From contig NC_042997.1 in the NCBI RefSeq assembly GCF_006345805.1, positions 191,828,001 through 191,892,000 on the forward strand: a stretch of DNA of 64,000 nucleotides, read 5' to 3'. Origin of the DNA: Octopus sinensis. Its lineage: Eukaryota. Position 1 is the first letter of the stretch, and the number at the start of each line of letters is the position of its first letter. The translations under genes were made by a program, and so were the position numbers. Below the pieces are notes generated by a model, which made no database searches, was not told where the DNA came from, and saw only the letters and a list, made by a program, of their open reading frames with translations. Shown here piece after piece: positions 25,901 to 40,500 of the stretch.

Positions 25901-28175
25901 AAATACCAGACTTTAAAAAAAGATAAGTGTTGGGTCAATTTGTTCAATCAAACCCATCATGGTAGTGTCACAGCATGGCCACAGTCCAATGAATAAAACA
26001 AGTGAAAAATACAAGATAAAAGTTTATAATGGGATTTTTCAAAACTGCGATGCCCCTTTAACACAGGAATGCCTGTATTTGATTGGATACAATCTAGGCA
26101 GCTTGATTTCTAAACTAAGGCCAATAACCTGTTTGATATACATATCTAAACATCTGAGCTGTTATTCTGAATATATTTTTACAGACTAATTGCTCTCATC
26201 TTCTGAGTGTATATTTAGATCTATACCAGATTTCCATTGATTTCATCTCCAGTTGACTTATTCTAAGATCTGTACATGATCTCATAGAACAGCCGAGTTC
26301 AGTGTTTCGAAATTTATTTTGGTGCAGAAACGAAATTGAAATAAAATTCGGTGACTGGCATCAATGCTAGTGGAGCGCTAAAGAGCACCATTCGAGTATA
26401 ATCATTGCCAGAGCAGCTAATTGGCTTCTGTTCCGGTGGCATGTAAAAAGCACCATTTGAGCGTGATCATTACCAGTGTCGCCTTACTGACACCTGTGCT
26501 GGTGGCACGTGAAAAAACCCACTACACTCTCGGAGTTGTTGGCGTTAGGAAGGGCATCCAGCTGTAGAAACTCTGCCAGATCAAGATTGGAGCTTGGTGC
26601 AGCCATCTGGTTCACCAGTCCTCAGTCAAATCGTCCAACCCATGCCAGCATGGAAAATGGACGTTAAACGATGATGATGATCATGATGATAAAAATTTTA
26701 TATAACTTGACAAAAATCATGGAACCTATCTTTTACCTTTTACTTGTTTTGGTTTTGGGACTCATGCTGGGGCACCATCTTGAAGGGTTTTAGTCAGACA
26801 AATCGACCCCAGTACTTATTTTTTTAAGTCTGGTAATTTTTCTGCCCATCCATTTTGCTGAACTGCTAAGTTATGGTAACCCTAAATCGACAACAGTTGC
26901 CAAAATTGTGATGGAGGTGTGTAACAAACACAAAGAAATACACACACACCTATATGGCAGGTTTCCATACAGTTTCTGTCTAATAAATTCACTACCAATG
27001 CATCGGTCAATCCAGGGCTGTAGGAGAAGATTTGGTCAAGGTGCTGCACAGTAAGACTGAACCTGAAACCAATATGGTTGCAAAGTGAGCATCTTAACCA
27101 CACAACCATACTTGTGCCTGACTGGCACTCATGCCGGTGGCACATAAAAGCACTCACTACACTCTCGGAGTAGTTGGCGTTAGGAAGGGCATCCAGCTGT
27201 AGAAACTCTGCCAGATGAGATTAGAGTCTGGTGCAGCCATCTGGTTCGCCAGTCCTCAGTCAAATCGTCCAACCTATACTAGCATGGAAAGCGGACGTTA
27301 AATGATGATGATGATGATGAACACCTACCAACCCCACTTTGATAAAACATTACAGAAAGAAAAAATGATTTCAGGCAGAGAATTTATTAATACACACACA
27401 CGCACACACACACAAAAACACATCTCAAATGTAGATATCACGATTTTTTTAATGATTTATTTCCAGAAGCAAAATGTCATTTGATGCATTTAAATACTTA
27501 AACTGGTATTTAGGAGACAAGCCTTGTGCACAAAATGCATTAACAAGTTTGAAGCATCAGGTAGTGTTCACACAGATAAAACTGTATGAGAGGTGTCTAT
27601 TTACTTTAGAGGCATGTGTGTATGTGTGAGTGCGCGTCAAAAAATGTAATTCATTATTTAGCAAATGGTTAATAAAATTTATTTTCTAAAATATGTTTTT
27701 ATTAAAAATTTTATTAAAAGACACCTTACTTTTAGTAACTCCTTACTCTCTTTTACTTGTTTCAGTCGTTTGACTGTGGCCATGCTGGAGCACTGCTTTT
27801 AGTTGAGCATATCGATGCCAGGACTTATTCTATCGGTCTCTTTTGCTGAACCACTAAGTTACGGGGACATAAACACACCAGCATTGCTTGTCAAGCGATG
27901 TTGGGGGGGGGGGACAAACACAGACACACAAACATATACACTCACACATATACATATATACGATGGGCTTCTTTCAGTTTCCGTCTACCAAATCCACTCA
28001 CAAGGCTTTGGTTGACCCAAGGCTATAGTAGAAGACACTTGCCCAAGGTGCCACGCAGTGGGACTGAATCCGGAACCATGTGGGTCATAAGCAAGCTACT
28101 TACCACACAGCCACTTCTATGCCTAGACTCTAGACTTCTCTCAAGGAACTCACTTTCAGAAACATTACCCTAGTT

Positions 28176-28473
28176 CAGGCCTGGCCAACTCGAATTACAC
28201 TGCAGGCTATTTTAATCACAGAAAGTTTTTTGAAGGCTGACAGAATTGAAAGCATTTTGCTTTTTCATGCTGTAATTAAAATAATGAATGAATGGTCATT
28301 GATTCAACATGAAATATTATCGTTGCAAAAACAGTAGTGTCTTTCATTTTTACTTTTCATTACAATCTTTAATTCTTGATAAAATTTTTTAAATGTTTGT
28401 TTAAATAAACCCATTTCAAGAAAGTATCAAGTGGGCCGCATGCGCCATGCAGGCTTCAGGTTGGCCAGTCCTG
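28176..28473. mobile_element. hAT (Charlie-like) MITE
   Basis: TIR CAGGCCTGGCCAAC/GTTGGCCAGTCCTG; 8-bp TSD ccctagtt/tcctaatt. Confidence 0.8.
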
Positions 28474-29052
28474 TCCTAATTCATAGGAGAGTGCCACTAT
28501 TGTTACCAGGCTTCAGGAAGCAAGGGCCATGCAGAATGTGACCCCAACAGTTTGAAATTTGGACAGGAGTCAGACAGTGTTTGTTGAATATTGCTTTTTC
28601 TTATTGGACAGAGATGTGGTTATCAAAATGGGATTATTCTAAAATAAAACTTAAAAAAAAAAAAAAACAGTGTGGAGTTAGAAAAGAGATTTCCAGTAGC
28701 AACCTTCTGCTCCAAATCCAAACATGAAAGACACAAAACGAATTGATGATAAAGACGATAATGATCGACATATTGATCTTTGCTAAGAGAAAGAAAGCTC
28801 TAGTTTCCTCCATAACTATAATTTTTACTCTCTCTTTACTCTTTTACTTGTTTCAGTCATTTGACTGCGGCCATGCTGGAGCACCACCTTTTAGTCGATC
28901 AGATCGACACCAGGACTTATTCTTTGTAAGCCTAGTACTTATTCTATCGGTCACTTTTACCGAAACCGCTAAGTTACGGTGACGTAAACACACCAGCATC
29001 AGTTGTCAAGCGACATTGGTCGGACAAACACAGACACACAAACATACATATA

Positions 29053-29430
29053 TCTCTCTCTATATAAACGGCAGTTTGTCTGTGTGTGTGTCTGTGTGTC
29101 TGTTAGTTGTACCCTCACCCTGACCACGGCTTTCAACTGATTCTGATGAAACTTGACACACACATAGCCCAATGTCATAATCAAAACTAACGCAAAAATT
29201 TTGAAAAGTTCCCCCAGTTCTGAAAAAATCGATAAATTCGACATGGGGTCGAGAATCAGAAACACAAACCACAGACTGTCTAGGGGATGCAACTCGACCT
29301 TTTTAACTCTCAAAAAAAAAATTTACCATAATTTTTTTTTCCATTTTTTTGCTATTTTTGGCTATAACTCTCTAAAAATGCTTTATAGTTATTTCCCTTA
29401 CAAACCCGACAACGCCGGGCGATCTGCTAG
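29053..29430 (+). mobile_element. Non-autonomous Helitron (378 bp) inside a SINE hinge
   Basis: 5' TC, internal (CTGT/GT)n, subterminal hairpin cccg-acaacgc-cggg, 3' CTAG. Inserted between A and T without a TSD. Confidence 0.85.
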
Positions 29431-29689
29431 TATATATATATATATATATAATATACGATGGGCTTCTTTCAGTTTCTGTCTACCAGATCCACTCACAAGG
29501 CTTTAGTCGGCCCGAGGCTATAGTAGAAGACACTTGTCCAAGGTGCCACGCAGTGGGACTGAACCCAGAACCATGTGGTTGGTAAGCAAGCTACTTACCA
29601 CACAGCCACTCCTGCTGTTAACCATTTATTTTTTAAAAGTTCCAGCATGGTTCTCTGTTGGTTAAGACAATGAGGGTTACAGTTGATCT

Positions 29690-29965
29690 GATCAACAGAA
29701 CAGACTACTCATGAAATTAACATGCAAGTGGCTGAGCACTCCACAGGTACACATACTCCTAACGTAGTTCTCAGGGTGATTCAACATGACACAGAATGTG
29801 ACAAGGCTGGCCTTTTTGGATTACAGGTAGACCTCATTTTTGCCACCTGAGTGGACTGGAGCAATGTAACATGAAGTGTCTTACTCAAGGACACAACGCG
29901 TTGCCGGCAATCAAACTGATGACCTTATGATCATCAGTCAAATACCCTAACCACTAAGCCACTTT
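29690..29965 (-). mobile_element. Additional older tRNA-derived SINE family
   Basis: ..ccagctgagtggactggagc..gtgtcttgctcaaggacac..ccctaaccactaagcc. Degenerate copies at about 4335-4540 and 40780-40935. Confidence 0.65.
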
Positions 29966-32900
29966 GTTTAAACAAAGGAGCTTCTTTGCATAGTCAGTGG
30001 ACCTGCTAGAAATAGTAACCAAAATGCCTTCACATTGTACCTTACTATCTTAAAAAAAAGGAAAGAAAGAAACATTAAACAGTAATAAATAGCATATTTC
30101 AAGGCAAAAAAAAAAGGATACAACGTAAAGGCATTAAATAATGTAAACAAACATAGAACGAACTAAGTAAATAATTCAAATATCAATAAAATAACATTCC
30201 GAGAAGTGGGTCAAACTTCTGAGTAATGTAGCGTTTGTATCAGTTAGTGGCGTGCTTTATATTTTCAAATCAATTTCAATGTGAAAATGCATTGTACATT
30301 TTTTAGATACATATTCTATACTTCTTTTAAAATAGTATGAAGGTTGTTAGTTTTTGGTCGAGGCAACTTGCCAACCGACAATAATAGAAGATGGATTGGT
30401 TTGGATTTTTTTTTTCTTTTCTGAATTACATGTGTTTTTATGGATGTCTTTAAATACCAATTAGAGCCAATATTTTATTTATAGTTCAGTAAAGATTTTT
30501 TTTTTCTTCCCTTAAAAAAAAAAACATATACAAAAAGTTGATTTTCATGTAAATCATACTCTGTTGTCTCAGCATTAAGGATTATAAAAATTATAAGGAT
30601 TATCTTGGTGCTAGATACTATGGTATCTACCAGCTGGTGTCCTGTGATGACAATGTTCAATTAAATGCTTAGAACTATAAAAGAACTTTTGGATATGTTC
30701 CAGGGATGAGATATATATATTAATATAATAAATTTAAACACATGAAAGGCTACTGTGGATGAATTGATAAAATATTAGAAAAGCTGACTCATAATCCGTT
30801 TATGTCACATCAATGATGCTCTACTGTGTATATGCCCTGGACACTTTACTCTCAAGGCCCAGTCCAACAGCTGTACAAAGGGGATACAGGGTTAAATATT
30901 CCACTGTTGTACATAACTGCAGCTCTCTGAAACAGTTTATATTCCATTGAGCTCAACTCCTCCCATGGGTGCAGCCAAAAGAAGAGTCGTCTCCCTTGAC
31001 CACCCATTGATGGATACTTCTGATAGCCTACATTACACTCATCTATAATGGATATGGTCTATAACAGTTTATATCCCAATGCAGGTGCTGAGTTACATCC
31101 TTGGCTTACTCATTGAAACTTATTCATTACACTATAAAGAATAAATTATCCTATCTGAGAATACAACACCTGGCACATGGACATCCTTTAAAAGGGTGCA
31201 TTTATTTATTTAACGGTGACAAAAACAATACAATTTCACTTATATTCAACTTACTTCACTCAAAATTCTGTAAATCCTTAATATTCACTAGCCATGTTTC
31301 ACTGTTATAGTGTCACCAGGATTCATCTGCTCCCAACAGATTGAATATCAAAGATATTTTTTGTTATCCTTACATATTCACCATATGATAATTTAGTCCA
31401 GTCCTGGCTGTTATCAAACTAATTTGTTCTAAGGTTTTCATCTTGAGTGTTTGCCATTTATCTTTCCTTCTCATAATAGTCTTTATATATCTTGTGCTCT
31501 TACTATGAGACCAAAGGACTTTAGCTTCCTTTTTTTTTAGTACTTAAAAGTAATGACCTTTTTGTATTTGCTAGTTATCACTTCTTCATTAATTTTATGA
31601 TTAGTCCAAGATATTTTACATGCATTGTATAACCTGCCCTTGTTATCAAGGAAACTCTCTTTGTTCCATAAGCCAATGAGGGCACCTGTAAATGGTTACA
31701 CAACTTGCTAAGAATATCAACCAAACTTGCTTCAAGTCACATTTTACCATCTTAAAGAAGGACACATTAAATACACTAACTTTGAAACAAAAAAAAAAAG
31801 ACTTGTTGGTCATAGATGGAATGCCTTTGATCATAGGTTTGCTTCATCCCAGCCGATTTGAGTACAAGCAACAAGAACAGCAACAACAGGAAAAGCAGCT
31901 GCTTGCATATTTTTCAGTCACCCCAAATCTTAGATAACATGTGATCACCAGCTTTGCTTGCATGATTCATAGTATGGTGCTAAGGTACAACAGTTAATTT
32001 TTCAATTCCCAAAACAACCTTTAAACATAATTTAAATGGTTTATGATTTGCAATTCATAGTTTCCCTCAGTATAAGATGTGAACCTTTGAGTCCCTAATG
32101 CATAGATCTGTCATAGCATTAGATCTTTTGTGCACCCATTGATTGCACAGATAAACACACCACTCAGAAAGTAAATGCCTCCAAGGCCTCAAGCTAGCAA
32201 TAACTTCATGGAATTAAGCAGATGAGAGACAAATCTTTCCTTGTAGAAGCTATCAATCTTTTGCAAGTTTTAGACTCAGGTGATATAGTATCAATTTCCA
32301 ATATCTAGATAAACTAAACACAATTTGGTGACAGGTTTGTGTTTCTAAGTAAACATTGTGTGAGCATATAGCCCAATAGTTCAATATTTCATTTACCTGA
32401 CCAATCCACTTCTATGACAAATATGTCAGCTGATCCACTAAGGAAGAAAGGCAAATGTCAGTCATTTGCAAAAAATTTTGTCTAAGCCTGCACATACATG
32501 GTCAATACTGATTGATGGATGTTGTAACACACACATACACATAATTTTTTTAGAGGCCTTACTAACAACTCAAACTTTTGAAGATGGCCTTCACAAAAGT
32601 ATTTAGAGAAAACAATTGGTTCCTATATATTTCATCTTAAGGTGGCAAGCTGGCAGAAACGTTAGCACGCCGGGCGAAATGCTTAGCGGTATTTCGTCTG
32701 CCACTACGTTCTGAGTTCAAATTCCGCTGAGGTTGACTTTGCCTTTCATCCTCTCAGGGTTGATCAAATAAGTACCAGTTACGAACTGGAGTCGATGTAA
32801 TCGACTTAATCCCTGTGTCTGTCCTTGTTTGTCCACTTTATGTTTAGCCCCTTGTGGGCAATAAAGAAATCATATATTTCATCTTAAGAGATCTGAAATA

Positions 32901-35644
32901 TTCACTGGATCATTGTAAACAGATGTATGACAAAATAATGGATTCATTTAATTTCCAAAGACATTACCTATATCTTATCTTTTACTTGTTTCAGTCATTA
33001 GACTGTGGCCAAGCTGGGGTACCACCTTGAAGAATTTTAGTCAAGCAAATCAACTCCTGTATCTAAAATTTTTTTTAATGTTTGCTACTTATTCTATTGG
33101 TCTCCTCTACTGAACCACTAATTTACAGGGATGTAAACACACCAACGCTGGTTGTCAAGCAGTGGTTAGGAACAAACAGAGACACAAAGACACACACACA
33201 CGACAGGTTCCTTTCAGTTTCCATCTACCAAATCCACTCTGAAGGCTCTGGTCAGCTGGAGGCTATAGTAGAAGACACCTGCCCAAGGTGCCACTCAGTG
33301 GGAGTGAACCCAGAACCAAGTGGTTGGGAAAGCTTTCTTCTTTGACAAAAAAGAAAAAAAAAGTATGGCTAACAAATGATTCTATTTTTTACAGACACTG
33401 ATATTACACAATAGATTATGTCTCTTTTATCACATACTAATCTGTGTAATGTACTGGTTTAACTGATTATCTTGACTAATATATGTCAACATAGCATTTT
33501 TTATAAATGTGGGCATAGCGTTTTCAATAAATGTAGGCTGTGAGGGTTGAAAAAGAGGTAGATGAATTGCTATCATCATCATCGTTTAACGTCTGCCTTC
33601 CATGCTAGCATGGGTTGGATGATTTTGATTGAGGGCTGGCGAACCAGATGGCTGCACCAGGCTCCAATCTTAATCTGGCAGAGTTTCTACAGCTGGATGC
33701 CCTTCCTAATGCCAACCACTCCGAGAGTATAGTGGGTGCTTTTTACGTGCCACCGGCAAAAATTTAATGGTTTTAAACTTATGATAACTTGTCCACTACC
33801 ATGGTGAAGAATGAAGAATTATATGGATATAAACTTTATTTTATCTTCTCATAAATAAAGAGTGGGTTGAAAAGAAGAAATTTTCCATAATATTTTTATT
33901 GGAGGGAGTCTAGCTGTTATCAGTTTCAGCAACACACTCTGCTAACATAGTGTTTGTGTAACACCAGTTAGTCCCCTTTACAAACCACTTCTGTGACTAA
34001 CATACCAACTCTGCAAACATCCTTGGCCTCTCCTTTACTTCTGAACCTAACCTTTAACTTTCCTTTGCAATCTATGCATTCCATAAGATAACTTGATATT
34101 TGTTGCATGTACCACATCTATATACCAACAACATGACTTGCTAGAAATAGTAGCCAACTCTTTCTCAAATCTCACCCAACTATCTTAAAAAGGACACATT
34201 GGATATTGTAATCTTAGACAAGAAAACAGACTGGATGATAATGATTGGAATGCCTTCAACCATAGATCTGCTTAAGTAAGCCTGTTCTCTCCATCAACCA
34301 CAATCTGATATGGAGGCCATGTATTTGAGCCTGAGATACTGGTTTGATGTGCCTACACTGTCACACTGGCTTGACATGGCTTGGTAGAAGGGTGCAATTT
34401 TTATACTGTTAACCTGGGGTAAAGTTGATTACATCGACATGAGTGCTCAACTGGTATTTATTTTATCGACTCTGAAAGGATGAAAAACAAAGTCAACCTC
34501 ATCTGAATCTGAACTCAGAACATAAGGATGGATGAAATACCACAAAGCATTTTGCCCAGTGTACTAATGATTCTGCCAGCTCACTGCCTTTTATGGAGTA
34601 TAGTCTAGGAATAAAATAGCTCAAAAGCAAGTTCAAATAGACAGATTTAGAAGAATATCAATGGGTGTTGCATAGCTAAGGTGGAGGGAGGAGTAGCCTG
34701 GCCCAAGCAACATTTTTATGGGGGTTGTATTTTTGGGTTTGCTGAATAAGTCTATGTAGGTTTAGGGGCTCATTGTGAAGGGGAAGAAGCTCAAAGGCTG
34801 CTTCAGAAGATAGTTACACTGCTGATTAATAGAATATTAGTGGAAGGTGGCGAGCTGGCAAAATCGTTAGCACGCGGGGTGAATTGCTTAGAAGTATTTC
34901 GTCTGCCGCTACGTTCTGAGTTAAATTCCACTGAGGTTGACTTTGCCTTTCATCCTTTCGGGGTCAATAAATTAAGTACCAGTTATGCACTGGGGTCGAT
35001 GTAATTGACTTAATCCCTTTATCTGTCCTTGCTAGTCCTCTCAATGTTTAGCCCCTTGTGGGCAATAAAGAAATAAGAATATTAGTGGAAAGAAGAGAGG
35101 AACAAAGAGATGAAGATCTTCTTTGTTTGTTATAGCAAAGATGAAAAATATTTGGGTTAGGCTATCATAAGAGGTGGTGAAGAGGAAATTATCAATAGAA
35201 AAACTTCAAACAACATAGAAAGATTAAGAAATTCAACAATAAGGGAGATGAGGTTTGCTGAACTGACCGGGAAAAGGAATCTGCAGGTTTAAGCATAAAT
35301 CTTACATTCAATAATGGATGGAAAAGAAACTGTCCGATTCCATGAATGATTAGAATTATCTGCTTGGTTACCTTATGCTGGCATAAGCCTGGAACTTTAT
35401 TGATTTGGACAAGTATGGTTAAGAAAACCCGTTTTTGATCAGTATGAAAGAATTAAAAAAGAGTGGGGACTTTTACGGGAGGAATGGTGGTGGGTGGGAG
35501 AGAAGGGGGAAGTAAGTATGTATTGATGTTTTTGCTTTTCCCAAGGGTCCAGTGATTTAAGTGAAAAGAACTGGTTTCAAATAGCAATTGAAATGTCAGC
35601 TCACTAGAAGAACACCAATAGGATTGATCTATTCAATCATGATC

Positions 35645-35800
35645 ATGATAACCAGTAGTAGTAGTAGTAGTAGTAATAGTGGTAGTAGTAGTTGTGGCAA
35701 TGGAATGGTAATAGTAGTGATAGTGGTAGTAGTAGCTGCAGCAGTAATGGTGGTGGTAGTGGTAGTAGTAGTAGTAGTAGTAGTAGTGATGACAGCAGCA
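35645..35800. repeat. (GTA)n/(GTG)n trinucleotide tract
   Basis: Direct reading. Confidence 0.95.
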
Positions 35801-37209
35801 GCAAATTTTGCTTAATCTCCGCTCCCAGGCATATTTGAATTAAAAACAGTTTTCTTGGACATATGCTCGCTCTGTTGTTGTACAATAAGAAGAAACATTG
35901 AAACTGTTACATTGTCTTAAAAGGAGAAATATTATCTGAACATCCAACAGATGACAAACTAAGCCAATTGTGTTAAGTAATTCACCAAGATCTAATTTCA
36001 CTTGATTTTTATTCAAACAATGTCATCACACATTTGTGTAGTGTAGCTTCTACTGTGTTAGATGTCATTGAATAGATTCAATTCATTTAAACTTGTTGGA
36101 GCAGGGATGAGCTAAATAGATAAGAAATTATCTAAAGAAATGAATGTTTAAATCATTACTAAGCGAGAGTAACAGGTTTAAATTCATGAGTCAATTGAGA
36201 AGAGTTAAGGTGCAGGAACTAAACCCAATATCAAAATAACTTTTATATTCCCCCTCCGCACTGCTCCTACACCTAGCACATCATTCTCCTACCTTTTAAT
36301 CTATCCTCTTTCTCAGGCCACTGCTAGCTCTTTCACCTCATCCTGTCACCATACTGGCATTTCCCATCAACTGCACCTCTACCCTTGCTCATCACTTACT
36401 GCACTTACCTCTATCTCAATCTGTTTGTCTTTCCTCACATTCTTATAAAAGTACCCCACCACTTCTTTCCTCCCCTGATCTACTGTCTGCATCCTTTCTT
36501 TTGTACCTTGGGCGTTTGCTCTGGCACCCCACCTTAATCTCTTTCCCAGCTGCTCCCACCCTTATATAATGTGGGGCAGTATGTTATGTATCTCTTCTAT
36601 AGCGAGACATCTGTGCTTGTTCCTCTGCCATACCTTAGCCTCTCAACACCTAGCGTAAAGTTACCCACTCCCACTCAGTTGTTCTTTTTCCTGTTCTTTT
36701 TCTGTCTTGCAGGGTACTTAGCAACCTCACTAATGTCAGTGTCATGAAAAAAGCACACAGTCCATTCAGTAAAGTGGTTGGCATTAGGAAAGGCATCCGG
36801 CTATGCCAAAAGAGACCTCACCAGAGCTGGTGTTACATAAAAAGCACTGAGTCCACTCTGTAAAGTGGTTGGCATGAGGAAGGGCATCCAGTTGTAAAGA
36901 TCATGCCAATGAGACAGTGGGGTTTGATGCAGTTCTTTGGCTTGCTAGTGTCTAGCAAACAGTTCAACCTATGCCAGAATGGAAGATGGATGTTAAATGA
37001 GGATGATAAATGATAACGATGATGATGTTCTTGTGAAATAAATTTGGCTGAAAGTAGGGCTAAACACAGCCACAGATGATGATCATCATCATTTAGAGAG
37101 ACAATGTATAAGTACAAGTTAAATAATGGAGTCAGTTTAATCAACTGTTGCTTCCTCCTAAAATTTGTGGCCTTGTGTCTATGATAGAAATTATTACCAT
37201 TAGTATTAT

Positions 37210-37565
37210 AATGATGACAGGCCATATAATATTACTCTATATTTTTGAGATGAAGAACTTTCATTATTTATAATGGATGGATAAGTGTCCTCATCTTGTT
37301 TGTTGTTATCACGTTTCATCTGATGTACTCTCCAGCCTTCATCAAGTGTACTGGTGGAATTTTGAACCCAATCCCTTTATTTGACTAATGGGGTACACTG
37401 TTCTCACTCCTAAGGTATGTTGCTGATGTTATTTTTCTGTTAATATTATTTTTCAAGTCCCTAACTGGGATTGAACTTAGAATTTGAGCGTTAGTAGCCT
37501 GCGCTTTTATCCAAGATGAGGACACCTCTCTGCCCATTATAAATAAGGTCATATAATGATTTTAC
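37210..37565 (-). mobile_element. Penelope-like remnant with 35-bp inverted repeats and a degenerate hammerhead (37305-37350)
   Basis: IR 37264-37298/37512-37546. Minus strand reads ttgatga-a-ggctg(gagagtacat)cagat-gaaacgt. Confidence 0.55.
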
Positions 37566-40500
37566 TTTTATTGCCTTCAAAGTGGAAAAGAAAAGGCTTA
37601 ACAAGAAGGTAATCAAAATACTTATGTCACTGCCTTAGTCTACATACCTCCTAGCTATTTAGTGTTGCTCTCTCACCCTGTCGCATGACTGAGGCGTGGT
37701 GGGTGGTGAATCAACAAGATAAGTCACATGCTGGAAGTTTGAATGTATTTAAGCTGACATAATGAAAAGGTGTTGTACTGCTGCTATTAATCTTTCAAAG
37801 AAAAGAGTAGCCAGAAAAAAAAAAATGCAAGAGAGAGAAACTATGTCAGATAAGCTGTAAACAATGTAATGATAAAGCTAAACTTTAAATCAGAATTAGA
37901 ACAGTGTCTTTGGCAGGTTTGCTTTCTCTTAATGTTATATTCAGTGTTTTAATTAGATTTTCATAATGGATGAGTTAATTTATTCTATCATCAACATCAT
38001 CATCATTTGATGTCCACTTTTCCATTCTTACATGGGTCAAATAGAAACCGAGGCAGATTTTGACCCAGATGCTCTTCCTCTCACCAACCATCACCTGTTT
38101 CTTCACAATGTAATATTTTCCCATGGCTAGACATGTCTTTCATAGAAAACTGAAAATGAAACCACCTCACTTATGTGATGACGATGCTCATTTACAACCA
38201 TCACATGATGTCTAGACAAGAACACAAACAGACACACACATACATATGTGTGTGTATGTGTGTGTGTATATTCTTTTATTCTTTTATTTGTTTCAGTCAT
38301 TTGACTGCAGCCATGCTGGAGAACTGCCTTTAGTTGAGCAAATCGACCCCAGAACTTTTTCTTTGTAAGCCTAGTACTTATTCTATCGGTCTCTCATGCT
38401 GAACCGCTAAGTTACAGGGATGTAAACACACCAGCATCGGCTGTCAATCAATGAATGATTCAGGTCAGAAGACACTTCAGTCTCCAAGAATGAATGATCC
38501 ATACTCTAGAACACTCAATTGAGGATCACAATAAAGTGTTGTTCTCACATCAGAGATAGGCAAGCAATTCTCAAACTAAATTATATATAGTTTCATTCAA
38601 GAGAAAATGGGGTAAGGAAAGAGTCCTAGAAGGATGTAATTCTAGGGTTATAAGAGTGATTGATTGGGGTAGTGTTGTTGTTTAACTCCTAGTTAATTTT
38701 GATCAAATAGATCTATGATCTAAAGCATTCTAGCTATGATCTTCATGCCTTCTTTTTCAGATACACCTAAGACTGCATTTTTCAAGGGAGGTTTGGATAC
38801 TATTTCTAGCAAGCTAATCAACCCGGTAGAGGTCGTCCTTAGTGACTCAACTTTTTTTTTTCCACCCTTTTCAAGCCTAGCCTTGCTCATGGGTCCGGTT
38901 TCCGGTTTCTATGGCGTATGTGTTCCCCCAGCGAATGGGATGCCAATCCATCGCAGCGTTACTCAAGAAACAGGAAGAAAGAGTGAGAGAAAGTTGTGGT
39001 GAAAGAGTACAACAGGGGTCGCCACCACCCCCTACTGGAGCCTCGTGGAGCTTTTTAGATGCTTTCACTCAATAAAAACACACACAACACCCAGTCTGAG
39101 AATCAAAACCACGATCCTCCGACCACGAGTCCGCTGCCCTAACCACTGGGCCATTGCACCTCCCAGTGGCTCAAGTGGGGTGAAGTATTTAGTACAACTT
39201 CTAAAGAAATTAAATAAAATGTATGTAACAGGATCAACCCTTTAGCATTCAGATTATTTTACCAAATGTAATGCTTATTTATTCAAATTGTTTTGATTTA
39301 ACCATGTATTATCATGTAGCTTTGAGATTCTGATGATGTGATTGCTTATTTTTAGGATGACATTGCAGGGTAGGTGTGAGAGGCCACAGCTGACTGGTTT
39401 GGACATAGAAGGGATTGAATATTTTGGCTGGATATGGCTAGTTTAAATGCTATATTAACTGGAGGAGGGCAGCATAGAGAGAAATTAGTTCAAAGGAGCA
39501 AGTACTAAAGTAAGGAGAGAAAGAGAGAGAGAGGACATCATTTGGTGTTCCCAGACTTTAGAGCTTCTTTCTGATGACAAATGATATTTTCTTCTATTTG
39601 ATGTAATATCTATTTCAACAACTGATACAGTTAATATGTACAAGCATGGAAAAATAAAAGAAAAAGAAAAAGGAATTATTTAAACCAATAATAAGAGTTG
39701 GTTAGGATTGCTTGAGATTCTACATATGATTTGTTTCTCCTTTTATCAAACTCTTCTTCATGTTTTAATACATCATTAATTGCATATGAAGTTCTCGAGG
39801 AAGCTTAATGAGAACTTCAGAGGCAGATGAAGATCAATTATGTTGATGTTATTTATTAACCACAGATCAATCTTGATAGAGAAGATTTATGGTCAAAGGT
39901 CATAATCATCATAACTGAAGCCATAATCATCTTGTCTTCATATTTTTCTTGGGAATAGGAATAAAAAAATAAAAATAAAACAAACAAGCTAGCCATCACT
40001 CACAAAAAAGGTATGGCTTTGTAGCATGTACCATACTTTTGCCAATTGCTTTAGGTGTGTACTGTCAGGTACCTTCTAAGATCTTTCACCTCTGACCAAG
40101 AGTAATATTTCCCTTTAGCATTCAGATGACTCTGTCAAATGTAATGCTTATTTATTCACATTTAAAAAAATTAATCATGTATCATAGGTGCAGGAGTGGC
40201 TGTGTAGTAAGTAGCTTGTTTACCAACCACATGGTTCCGGGTTCAGTCCCACTGTGTGGCACTTTGGGCAAGTGTCTTCTACTATAGCCTCGGGCCGACC
40301 AAAGCCTTGTGAGTGGATTTGGTAAATGGAAACTGAAAGAAAACTGTCGTATATATGTATATATACATATATGTGTGTGCGTGTATGTTTGTACCCCTAG
40401 CATTGCTTGACAACTGATGCTGGTGTGTTTATGTCCCCGTCACTTAGCGGTTCGGCAAAAGAGACTGATAGAATAAGTACTGGGCTTACAAAGAATAAGT

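Noticed and set aside
35588-35885. Poly-Ser/Val/Leu ORFs
   Set aside because: (GTA)n/(GTG)n trinucleotide repeat.
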